Shown: positions 9,696-17,489 of the stretch, in pieces | Layout of the letters: each line of letters starts with the position of its first letter | How positions within the stretch are numbered: the stretch's first letter is position 1 | Assembly (NCBI GenBank): GCA_039586795.1 | Contig: JBDHJS010000003.1 | Location: forward strand, 1 to 64,000 | Direction: 5' to 3' | From: Gemmatimonadota bacterium | GTDB taxonomy: Bacteria; Gemmatimonadota; Gemmatimonadetes; Palauibacterales; KS3-K002 | DNA: 64,000 nt | Position numbers and translations under genes: made by a program | The notes under the pieces: generated by a model | Told to the model about the DNA's origin: nothing | The model's database searches: none | Seen by the model: the letters and a program-made list of their open reading frames with translations, nothing else

Positions 9696-12122
9696 ATGAG
9701 CCCGTTGCTAAAGGATATTCACTACGCGGTTCGCCGCCTGCTGTCCACGCCACTGGTAACAGGGGCTGTGGTGCTCTCGCTGGCGCTAGCGATCGGTGCG
9801 AACTCGGCGATCTTTGGAGCGATAAACTCGCTGCTGCTGCGGCCGTTCCCATTCGAGTCGCCGGAGCGGCTAGTCCGGCTCTACGGGACGCATGCGGAGC
9901 GCGGGTGGCTGAACTTGTCACTCTCCTACCCGAACTTCATCGACTTTCGAGATCAGAGCCAGACGCTGGACGATGTCGCCGCGTATTACGTCCAGGGCCA
10001 AACGCTGACCGGAATCGATCGGCCGCAGCGGGTGGCCGTCGTAGAGGTGACGAGCAACCTGTTCGGCGTTCTGGGATTGCGACCGACGCTCGGCCGAGGC
10101 TTTGCCCCAGGCGAGGACGCGCCGGGCGCCAATGACCGCGTGGTCATTCTCACCTATCCCACGTGGCAGACCCGCTTCGGCGGCGATCCGGACATCTTGG
10201 GACGCACGCTACGCCTGAACGGAGTGGAGCATACGGTGATCGGTGTGTTGCCGCGGAGGGTAACGTTCCCCACCGATGAGATCGCGCTTTGGACCCCGCT
10301 CCGTCAGGACGCGACGACGTGGAGCCGGAACAGAGGCGGGCTCAGGGTGGTCGGCCGGTTGGCGGAGGGGGCTGGGCTGGGCGAAGCCTCCGCCGAGATC
10401 GACGCGATCGCCGCGCGCCTGGCCGAAGATTATCCGCGATCAAACGCCGACGTGGGCGCCCGACTGGTCTCACTGCCGGTGGATCGTTACGGTCCCGATC
10501 TGCGGTTGACCATGTACGCTCTGATGGGCGCCGTGGCGCTGATGCTCCTCATCGCCTGTATCAACGTGGCGAACCTGCTTCTGTCGCGTGCGGCGGCCCG
10601 ACACCGTGAGATTGCCGTGCGCGCGGCGTTGGGCGCGGGTCGCGCTCGAGTCGCGCGCCTGCTTCTAAGCGAGAGCCTCATACTGGCACTGGCGGGTGGG
10701 GGCCTGGGCCTGATCGCGGCGGTGAGCGGAATGGCCCTGCTGCGCGGTGCGGCCCCGGCGGATGTACCGCGGATCGATCAGATCCAGCTCGACCCGATCG
10801 TGATGGCTTTCACGGGCCTGATCGCGGTACTGACAGGACTCCTATTCGGCCTCATGCCGGCGCTCCAGGCCGCCCGAGCCGACATCTCGACTTCGCTGCG
10901 CGAGGGTGGTCGTGGCGGGACCGCAGGCGCCAGCCGACAGCGGATCCAGCGGGCCCTGGTGGTCGCTCAGGTGGCGCTGGTGCTGGTGGTGTTGACGGGT
11001 ACGGGACTGATGACCCGCAGTCTGGCCTCATTGCTTTCGGTGGATCCGGGGTTCTCGTCGGAAGGCCGCTTCGCGTTGACCGTCTCGCTGACACCCGAAT
11101 ACGACAGCTGGGAGAAAGTCGCGGCCTATCGCGAATCGGCTTTGGAGCGTCTAGAGGCGCTACCTGGCGTAACCTCCGTCGGCGCCGTCCTGGACCTACC
11201 GCTGAACAGCCGCAACAACCTCTGGGATTTCCTGATCGAAGGCCGGGCTGCGAACGAGAACGACCAGCGACTGATCACGGGCGCCAACATCGCTTCTCCC
11301 GGGTACTTCCAAACCATGGGCATTCCGCTGCTCCAGGGCCGAACGTTCGAGGCGAGCGACCGCGAAGACGCTACGCCCGTGGTGGTGGTGAGCGCCGCGA
11401 TGGCGCGGCGATTCTGGCCGGGCGAGGACGTTCTGGGACGACGAATCGCGCTCCCCTGGTCGTCTCCGACTGCTCGCGCCTGGCGGACGATCGTCGGTGT
11501 GGTGGGCGACGTTCGGCACGCCGACCTGCGTGAGGAAGGGCGACCGGAGATGTATCTGCCGTTCGCTCAGGTGACATGGCCGCGGCAGATGACCTTCGTG
11601 GGCCGGGCCGACGGGGATCCGGGAGCGACGCTGCAGGCGGCGCGGAATGCTCTGTGGGGAGTGGATGACGACCAGGCAGTCTTCGAGGTGACGACAGTGG
11701 AGAATGTCGTGGTTGACGCGCTGGGTACGTCGCGCTCCGTCGCCTGGCTGCTCGGGATCTTCAGCGCTGTTGCGCTCCTGCTGGCATCGGTCGGGGTGTT
11801 CGGGCTGGTTGCGAACTCGGTCGCGCAGCGTCGGCAAGAGCTGGGAATCCGGGCGGCACTCGGCGCCGCCAACGATCGGCTCTTTGCAATGATGCTCGCG
11901 CAGGGGATGCGGCCGGTCGTGCTCGGGCTGGTCGCGGGTATCTCGGCGGCGCTCTATCTGTCACGGCTCGTAGCCGATCTCCTGTTCGAGATCGAACCGC
12001 TGGACCCGGTGACGTTCGTCCTGGCCCCGGCGGTGTTGGTGGCCGTGTCGCTTCTAGCCGTCTGGGTACCGGCCCGGCGTGCGGCGCGACTGGACCCCGT
12101 GGAAACACTACGGGCCGAATGA
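9696..12122 (+). CDS. ABC transporter permease, duplicated MacB/FtsX (ADOP-type)
   Basis: DIHYAVRRL, LALAIGANSAIF, LLIACINVANLLL, REIAVRAALGA repeated as QELGIRAALGA, and PARRAARLDP..LRAE. Confidence 0.9.
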   Translation: MSPLLKDIHYAVRRLLSTPLVTGAVVLSLALAIGANSAIFGAINSLLLRPFPFESPERLVRLYGTHAERGWLNLSLSYPNFIDFRDQSQTLDDVAAYYVQGQTLTGIDRPQRVAVVEVTSNLFGVLGLRPTLGRGFAPGEDAPGANDRVVILTYPTWQTRFGGDPDILGRTLRLNGVEHTVIGVLPRRVTFPTDEIALWTPLRQDATTWSRNRGGLRVVGRLAEGAGLGEASAEIDAIAARLAEDYPRSNADVGARLVSLPVDRYGPDLRLTMYALMGAVALMLLIACINVANLLLSRAAARHREIAVRAALGAGRARVARLLLSESLILALAGGGLGLIAAVSGMALLRGAAPADVPRIDQIQLDPIVMAFTGLIAVLTGLLFGLMPALQAARADISTSLREGGRGGTAGASRQRIQRALVVAQVALVLVVLTGTGLMTRSLASLLSVDPGFSSEGRFALTVSLTPEYDSWEKVAAYRESALERLEALPGVTSVGAVLDLPLNSRNNLWDFLIEGRAANENDQRLITGANIASPGYFQTMGIPLLQGRTFEASDREDATPVVVVSAAMARRFWPGEDVLGRRIALPWSSPTARAWRTIVGVVGDVRHADLREEGRPEMYLPFAQVTWPRQMTFVGRADGDPGATLQAARNALWGVDDDQAVFEVTTVENVVVDALGTSRSVAWLLGIFSAVALLLASVGVFGLVANSVAQRRQELGIRAALGAANDRLFAMMLAQGMRPVVLGLVAGISAALYLSRLVADLLFEIEPLDPVTFVLAPAVLVAVSLLAVWVPARRAARLDPVETLRAE

Positions 12123-12126
12123 CTGC

Positions 12127-12158
12127 TGGGAATTATCGAAGCGGATTCAACGATTCCC
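12127..12158. repeat. REP-like palindrome, copy B
   Basis: TGGGAATTATCGAA-GCGGA-TTCAACGATTCCC. Confidence 0.6.
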
Positions 12159-12229
12159 TCATTCGGGATTGAGGAAGCGGAAGGCCGGGCGGGTTCGGAC
12201 CACTTCCGGTTCCGCGAATTCTCGAATCC

Positions 12230-12260
12230 GCAATCGTTGAATCGGCTTCGAGAATGCCCA
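12230..12260. repeat. REP-like palindrome, copy C (inverted relative to B)
   Basis: Its reverse complement TGGGCATTCTCGAAGCCGATTCAACGATTGC closely matches copy B. Confidence 0.6.
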
Positions 12261-12262
12261 AC

Positions 12263-12296
12263 AAAAAAAGAGCCCGGACCGCTAAGCGGTCCGGGC
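12263..12296 (-). terminator. Rho-independent terminator of tRNA-Glu
   Basis: Perfect stem GCCCGGACCGC/GCGGTCCGGGC followed by TCTTTTTTT on the minus strand. Confidence 0.85.
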
Positions 12297-12304
12297 ATCC
12301 ATCA

Positions 12305-12377
12305 TACCCCCACGGGGAGTCGAACCCCGGTCTCCTGGCTGAGAACCAGGTATCCTAGGCCACTAGACGATGGGGGC
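12305..12377 (-). tRNA. tRNA-Glu (anticodon CTC)
   Basis: GCCCCCATCGTCTAGTGGCCTAGGATA CCTGG TTCTCAG CCAGG AGACCGGGGTTCGACTCCCCGTGGGGGTA forms a cloverleaf with a TTC loop. CCA is not encoded. Confidence 0.96.
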
Positions 12378-12391
12378 GCTAACGGGCGAAG

Positions 12392-12420
12392 AATTAAATA
12401 GACACAAGAAATAACGTCAA
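12392..12420 (-). promoter_or_regulatory. Putative sigma70 promoter of tRNA-Glu
   Basis: TTGACG-N16/17-TTTAAT/TTAATT about 15 nt upstream of the tRNA. Confidence 0.5.
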
Positions 12421-12691
12421 GGGGCTCCAACTGGAGCCCCTTGATAGTTCGGCCGGAGCATCCCGACCGCGCGGCTGAAAGGATCCTACTATCTCGCTGT
12501 GAGGATTGGGGAAACTGCCGGGTAGGGCGTCCGTAGAAACGAAGCGGAAAGCCGCACGGTCGGGTGCTCCGAAGTCGAGATATATCTGAGAAGCAGATTC
12601 ATAAGCTCGTACGTCAAATACCTAACGTGTTCTGGCGGGGGGATCTACATCGCCCTGGGGGGATCGGGCGTCGGCCTTCGTGCAATACGCG
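12410..12691 (-). ncRNA. Candidate structured small RNA (unknown family)
   Basis: Region without a convincing ORF between a sigma54-type promoter and a hairpin terminator. It contains a ~22-bp stem (12454-12571) and two GATCCCCCC motifs. Confidence 0.45.
12417..12444 (-). terminator. Strong hairpin, likely terminator of an upstream minus-strand transcript
   Basis: Perfect 13-bp inverted repeat TCAAGGGGCTCCA/TGGAGCCCCTTGA followed by T-rich CGTTATTTCTT on the minus strand. Confidence 0.6.
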
Positions 12692-12702
12692 GCATAGAAG
12701 AG

Positions 12703-12717
12703 GCACCAGACGTGCCA
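12703..12717 (-). promoter_or_regulatory. Putative sigma54 (-24/-12) promoter
   Basis: Minus strand TGGCACG-TCTG-GTGC (GG-N10-GC), with an AT-rich tract at 12755-12781 upstream. Confidence 0.55.
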
Positions 12718-12944
12718 CAAGGCACCCCGACTGAAAACAAATGTTTCAGATTTCCTAACTACTTATACAACAAGAGATTAGCGGCACGGACCCATCGGTG
12801 GTGGCCGAGGCGATTCGGTCAGGACCCCGCCAGAATTCGGGCAAAAAGCATTGGTGTCAGTCAAAATGCCTGAGTTGTAGCGCCGCCACAGGCGCGGTTC
12901 CGAGGGGCGTAAGTGGCCCTATCGCACAGGGTTGGGGGACAGAC

Positions 12945-12979
12945 AAAACGGCCGCCCCCGCATGCGAAGGGCGGCCGTT
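12945..12979 (-). terminator. Rho-independent terminator downstream of ferritin
   Basis: Stem AACGGCCGCCC/GGGCGGCCGTT followed by TTGTCTGT on the minus strand. Confidence 0.7.
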
Positions 12980-13009
12980 AGGGCCGTTGTGAGAAATGCC
13001 AGCCCGAGA

Positions 13010-13519
13010 CTAGTGCTCGCGCGCGCCGCCGTTCTGGCGGCCGCCCAGCTCCTTATCGAGCATGATGAGGCCAGGCGTGTGGTCGCCGATCCTCTTGAGT
13101 TTGGCGACGATAGCGGAGGCGGAAGCCTCTTCCTCGACCTGCTCGTCGACGAACCAGTTGAGCATGTTCTTGGTGGCGTAGTCATCCTCGGCGATCGCCT
13201 GGGCGACGAGCTTGTGAATCAGGCTGGTCACATGCTGTTCGTGCTTGTAGGCGTGCTCGAACACGGCGAGGGGCGAATCCCACTCGATCTGGGGCGCGTC
13301 GATAGCGGCGAGGGTGACCCGGCCGCCGCGCTCGACGATGTAGGTGTAAAGCTTCATGGCGTGGGCGACCTCTTCGTCGTTCTGAGATCTCATCCATGCG
13401 GCCATGCCGGGAAAGTCCTGGGCTTCGAAATAGGCTGACATCGACAGATAAATGTACGCCGAATAGAGTTCGGCGTTGATCTGGGCGTTGAGCGCCTCTT
13501 CCATTTTCTTGCTGAGCAT
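13010..13519 (-). CDS. ftnA: Non-heme ferritin
   Basis: LNAQINAELYSAY.YLSM, EE..HAMK, HEQHVT and WFVDEQVEEE ferroxidase residues. Confidence 0.92.
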   Translation of the reverse strand: MLSKKMEEALNAQINAELYSAYIYLSMSAYFEAQDFPGMAAWMRSQNDEEVAHAMKLYTYIVERGGRVTLAAIDAPQIEWDSPLAVFEHAYKHEQHVTSLIHKLVAQAIAEDDYATKNMLNWFVDEQVEEEASASAIVAKLKRIGDHTPGLIMLDKELGGRQNGGAREH

Positions 13520-13617
13520 GCTCTCCCTCGTCGGTTGGTGTCCGGGCAACGAATCTGATCTGGAATCACCGGAAAATTAACCGTTCCCCGGCTAATGCCA
13601 ATACTGGGAACGGCGGC

Positions 13618-14775
13618 CTACTCCGAGTAGAGATCTTTGACGGACTGGAGAAAGCTATCCCAGGAGAGGTTCTGTTCGGCGAAGCTCACCGCCGCGCTCT
13701 GGAGTCTCTCGATTTCGCCAGGGTCGCCGAGCAAGTCGGCGAGCGCGTGCCCGAGCGCGTCGCTGCGGGGCTCGACCAGCCGGGCGGTCTGAGGGCCAAG
13801 AACGGCCAGATGGGCAGGTATTGAGGTGGCGACGATGGCGCGTCCGGCGCACAAATAGTCGAAGATCTTCAGCGGTATATTGTCGCCCCTCGATCGAGGC
13901 GAGACCGCGATATCGGCGATGCCAAGGTATTGGAGCGCCCTCTCGCGAGGTTGCCGGTCGAGCAGGCGGTAGGCGGTGGGCGGCGCAATCGAAGCGAGCT
14001 GCTTCTCGATGCCGTCTGCTTCATCGCCGTCGGCGCCGACGAAGACGAACACGGCTTTGGGCTCCCGGGCGAGCACGAATGGTACAGCATCGGTCAGGGT
14101 AGCGAGTCCCTGGTATTCCTCTGTATTGCCGGCGTAGAGAACCACCTTCTGGTCATCGCCGATCTCGAGGCTCCTTCGCAAATCCGCCCGATCGCCCGAC
14201 TCAAGCCGCACCTGCCTCGGGAAACGCCACTCGTGTACCCTAGCCTCCGGCGCCAGGCGGCGAACATGGTCGGCGAGACCTGTGCTACAGGCGACGCGGT
14301 CGACACGACGGGTCACGCGGCCCTCGATCGTGCCCAGCAGGGAGCTCAACGGCCGTCTACCCAGAACCGCATGGTCCGCCAGCTGTTCGGGGATGCTCGA
14401 GTGCATGTCGTAGATGACCCGAACGCCACTCCGTCGCGCGATGTTTGCAGCCAGGTAGGCCGCTTCCTCCACGGCGTGCACGTAGTCGTATCGCCGCTTG
14501 CCGAGCTGGCGACGCAAGGCGATCGAGAGATGCGCATCAAGCCAGAGCTTCTTGACCGAGAATCCGATTGGGACCTTCCGGATACGCAGCGGATTGGCGA
14601 TCCGCAGGTATCGCACGTTGGGTATGTCCGGCGAAGCACCGACGGGATAGGTGAGCACATCGACCTCGAAGTCCAGCTCGCTCAGCGCCGTCAGCAAGTG
14701 CTTAACCGCGATGGGGGTGCCGCGCTCTTCATAGAACGGTTGTGGCGCGACGACCAGAACGGTTTGGCGGGCCAT
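13618..14775 (-). CDS. Glycosyltransferase family 4
   Basis: PQPFYEERGTP, YAGNTEEYQG and PLKIFDYLCAGRAIVAT (GT-B fold). Confidence 0.88.
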   Translation of the reverse strand: MARQTVLVVAPQPFYEERGTPIAVKHLLTALSELDFEVDVLTYPVGASPDIPNVRYLRIANPLRIRKVPIGFSVKKLWLDAHLSIALRRQLGKRRYDYVHAVEEAAYLAANIARRSGVRVIYDMHSSIPEQLADHAVLGRRPLSSLLGTIEGRVTRRVDRVACSTGLADHVRRLAPEARVHEWRFPRQVRLESGDRADLRRSLEIGDDQKVVLYAGNTEEYQGLATLTDAVPFVLAREPKAVFVFVGADGDEADGIEKQLASIAPPTAYRLLDRQPRERALQYLGIADIAVSPRSRGDNIPLKIFDYLCAGRAIVATSIPAHLAVLGPQTARLVEPRSDALGHALADLLGDPGEIERLQSAAVSFAEQNLSWDSFLQSVKDLYSE

Positions 14776-14780
14776 CTCGA

Positions 14781-16040
14781 TCAGTCGCTCGATGCCGCGA
14801 TGACGTTACCCAACACGCTCGCCAGGCTGTCTGCGGTCGCCTCTCGCGAGTAGCTGCTCAGCGCGCGATCGTACACGCGTCGCCGGGACGTCGAGCCGGT
14901 CATGAGCTTCTCGATGAAGGTCGCGATGCGCTCGATGTCCTGATGTTCGATGACCTCTTCACCGCCCGTCTCGGCCATGAGTCGGTCGAGATGTGACGAC
15001 TCAGCACCCAGGCCAAGAATCGGTGTTCCACTGCGAAGATACTCGTAGGTCTTGCCTGGGATGCCATCGTGGCCCGTCGGCAAGTAGAGAAGATCCGCGC
15101 CCAACATGTAGGCGATCGCCTGGCGGTGCAGGACATGCGGCATGCGCGTCACCTGAATGCGGGCCGCCGCCGTCTCCAGTTGCCGCGCGACGTGGTCGTC
15201 GACTTGTCCGATCTGCAGCAGATGGACGCGACGGCCGAGATCGGGACTGCGCTGACTCAGCGCGTCGATGGCCGACAGCAGCGGGGTCAGGTCTCTCTTC
15301 TTCCAGAGGACTCCGATGTGGGCGATCACGAAGTCGGCGTCGGGCGGTCGCAGGGGCGTTGTATCGATGTAGTCCTCTTCGTCGTACCCGTTGTGGATCA
15401 CGGTGACCGGAGTATCGACTGACGGAAGATGCTCACGAACGCCGGGGACGATGACGGCGGCAGCCGCACGATTCAGCAGACGCCGCTCCCACGCGGACTC
15501 GATCCTCCTCAACCATCGGGCTCGAGCCGGCAAGTAGAAGCCGCCCGTCCACGGATCCCGATAGTCGATCACATGGGGCACGTCCCACGTCGTTGAAATC
15601 GCGGAGCCCAATATAGCTGCCGTTGGAGTCGGAAGCGTCGACACCACCACATCGCGACGCACATCGTCGTGGCTTAGTGCCCAGGCGATACCGAACGGGA
15701 CCCAGGGGAGCTTGGCGTCGGGAACGATCCAGGCCGCCGGGTGCCACAGGGAGAGGGTATCTCCGTGCAAGCGGCCCGGGCGCCGCCCCCTGGCGGAGAT
15801 CGGTGTTCGGAGTGCCGACAACGCACGGAAAGGGTCGAACGTCCAGGTGCGGTGGACCTGGACATCGTCGAGCTCACCCAGCAGCGACGGATCGCGGGGG
15901 GCCGAGCGGCCGTGGCGGGTCGTCAGGACAGACACCTCCCAGCCACGACGCGAGAGATACTTGGCAAACTTCACGACGCGCTGAACGCCTACGCCTCCGG
16001 CGGGTGGGAAATCGTAGGAGATGAAAAGGACGCTGTTCAC
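14781..16040 (-). CDS. Glycosyltransferase family 4
   Basis: YDFPPAGGVGVQR..KFAKYL, DYRDPW, HNGYD and PGKTYEYL. Confidence 0.88.
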   Translation of the reverse strand: MNSVLFISYDFPPAGGVGVQRVVKFAKYLSRRGWEVSVLTTRHGRSAPRDPSLLGELDDVQVHRTWTFDPFRALSALRTPISARGRRPGRLHGDTLSLWHPAAWIVPDAKLPWVPFGIAWALSHDDVRRDVVVSTLPTPTAAILGSAISTTWDVPHVIDYRDPWTGGFYLPARARWLRRIESAWERRLLNRAAAAVIVPGVREHLPSVDTPVTVIHNGYDEEDYIDTTPLRPPDADFVIAHIGVLWKKRDLTPLLSAIDALSQRSPDLGRRVHLLQIGQVDDHVARQLETAAARIQVTRMPHVLHRQAIAYMLGADLLYLPTGHDGIPGKTYEYLRSGTPILGLGAESSHLDRLMAETGGEEVIEHQDIERIATFIEKLMTGSTSRRRVYDRALSSYSREATADSLASVLGNVIAASSD

Positions 16041-16050
16041 ATCAAGGGCG

Positions 16051-17007
16051 CTATTCCCAACGCGGCCTGGTGCCGGGCGCCGACGTGGCGCGGCGATCGA
16101 GCCAGTTCAGGCCACCGAACGCCATGCCGAACGCGTGGGCGAAACGTGCCACGATCACGGCAGGGAACATCAGCAGCGGCTCGAGAATGCCAGTACGCAA
16201 CCAGCAGCCGATGATATAGGCGGCTTGAATGGGTGCAAGGGGCAGGCTCATGAAGATGAGGAGACGGGGGTGCCGATACAGCCAGGCGGCACGGGCGCTG
16301 CCGGTCTCCGCCTTGGCCTGAATGGCGCTGTAACCCCAGCGGTAGTTCCGTCTGAAGAGGTTTCCCCAGCCGGGTCGATTCCAGTGATCGACTTTCGCCG
16401 CCGGCTCGAAGTAGACGCGGCCACCGGCCGTCCGTATGTCGGTTTGCCAACCGAGCTCTTCATGAGCGTAGGCGAGGGGCTGTCTTTCATCGAAGCCACG
16501 GGTCTTCTCGAAGGCGGAACGGCGAACGCTCAGGTTGCAGGGTGGATGGCTCCAAACGGTTCCGGGGCGACGCCATGGGTGGACGTGATACCAGCCGCAG
16601 TAGTAGTCGCAGCGGGCAGAAGCGGAGAGGCCGCCAGGAAGGGCGAGTGAGCCGCCGACGCAGACTTCGCCATTCGAATGGGCGTCGATGATCGTCGTGA
16701 GCCAATCGGGATGCGGCGTGCAGTCCGCGTCGAGGAAGACGAGGAGCTCGCCGGTCGCGTGTTCGGCGCCCCGATTGCGCGCCGCCGCGGGATTGCCGCC
16801 ATCCTTAGAGGGCTTCAGATCGACTACGGACGCGCCGGCGTTACGGGCCGCTGCAGCGGTGTCGTCGTCTGAGGCATCGTCGACGACGATGACCTCGAGC
16901 TCGACATCCGGTGGCCGCTGGTCGAGGACGGCTTCGACTATGCGGCGGATGAAGTCGGCGGCGTTGCGGGCCGGTATGATGACCGATACGCGATTGGGGC
17001 GGTCCAT
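16051..17007 (-). CDS. Glycosyltransferase family 2
   Basis: VSVIIPARN, VVDDASDD, AAARNRG, FLDAD and GFDE. Confidence 0.9.
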   Translation of the reverse strand: MDRPNRVSVIIPARNAADFIRRIVEAVLDQRPPDVELEVIVVDDASDDDTAAAARNAGASVVDLKPSKDGGNPAAARNRGAEHATGELLVFLDADCTPHPDWLTTIIDAHSNGEVCVGGSLALPGGLSASARCDYYCGWYHVHPWRRPGTVWSHPPCNLSVRRSAFEKTRGFDERQPLAYAHEELGWQTDIRTAGGRVYFEPAAKVDHWNRPGWGNLFRRNYRWGYSAIQAKAETGSARAAWLYRHPRLLIFMSLPLAPIQAAYIIGCWLRTGILEPLLMFPAVIVARFAHAFGMAFGGLNWLDRRATSAPGTRPRWE

Positions 17008-17102
17008 GAATCCTTTGTTGGCGCGGGAGAGACTACGGCGGGTCGCTATAAGTATACAGCGGTGAGGCTGATATTCGTAGGTTTTGGAAACGGGGTGTGG
17101 TC

Positions 17103-17201
17103 GGGCGCGATTGGGGTCCTCGCTTCATATCGCGCTGGACGGGCAACCATCTTTCACGGGCTGTGGCGCTCCAAAGTCCGCTCGTGACCCCAATCGCGCC
17201 C
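17103..17201. repeat. Stem-enclosed conserved element, copy 1
   Basis: A 16-bp perfect IR (17103-17118/17186-17201) encloses a 63-nt core similar to the reverse complement of the copy 2 core. Confidence 0.8.
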
Positions 17202-17352
17202 TCCCGAAACCCCAGCGTGTCCGACAGAGGACCCAATCGTGCCCTCCCCAAACGGGGTCTCGTACCGCCAGAGGGAACTATCTTGTTGCCAGGGTCCTCC
17301 TAGAGTCTGGACCCGGCCGCTGTTGTGACCCGCAACAGTTGAAGAACGTTAG

Positions 17353-17462
17353 GGTCGAGCGTGACGGGAACCCCAGAGCGGACTTTGGAGCGCCGCGGCC
17401 CGTCCGCGATGGATGCCCGGTGCCGCGCGATATGAAGCGCGGGGTTCCCGTCACGCTCGACC
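17353..17462. repeat. Stem-enclosed conserved element, copy 2
   Basis: A 22-bp perfect IR (17353-17374/17441-17462) encloses the 64-nt core GAGCGGACTTTGGAGCGCC...GCGCGATATGAAGCG. Confidence 0.8.
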
Positions 17463-17489
17463 GCAGATGATCCAGCCAGACAACTCGCT

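Noticed and set aside
12305..12377. tRNA-Glu as integration site of a genomic island
   Set aside because: I found no integrase and no duplicated tRNA 3' end in the window.
12541..12571. GCGGAAAGCCGCACG resembling group II intron domain V, and nearby CTGAAAG...GAAAC resembling a hammerhead core
   Set aside because: No AGC/CGC triad helix, no RT ORF, and the hammerhead CUGANGA core and stem arrangement are not satisfied.
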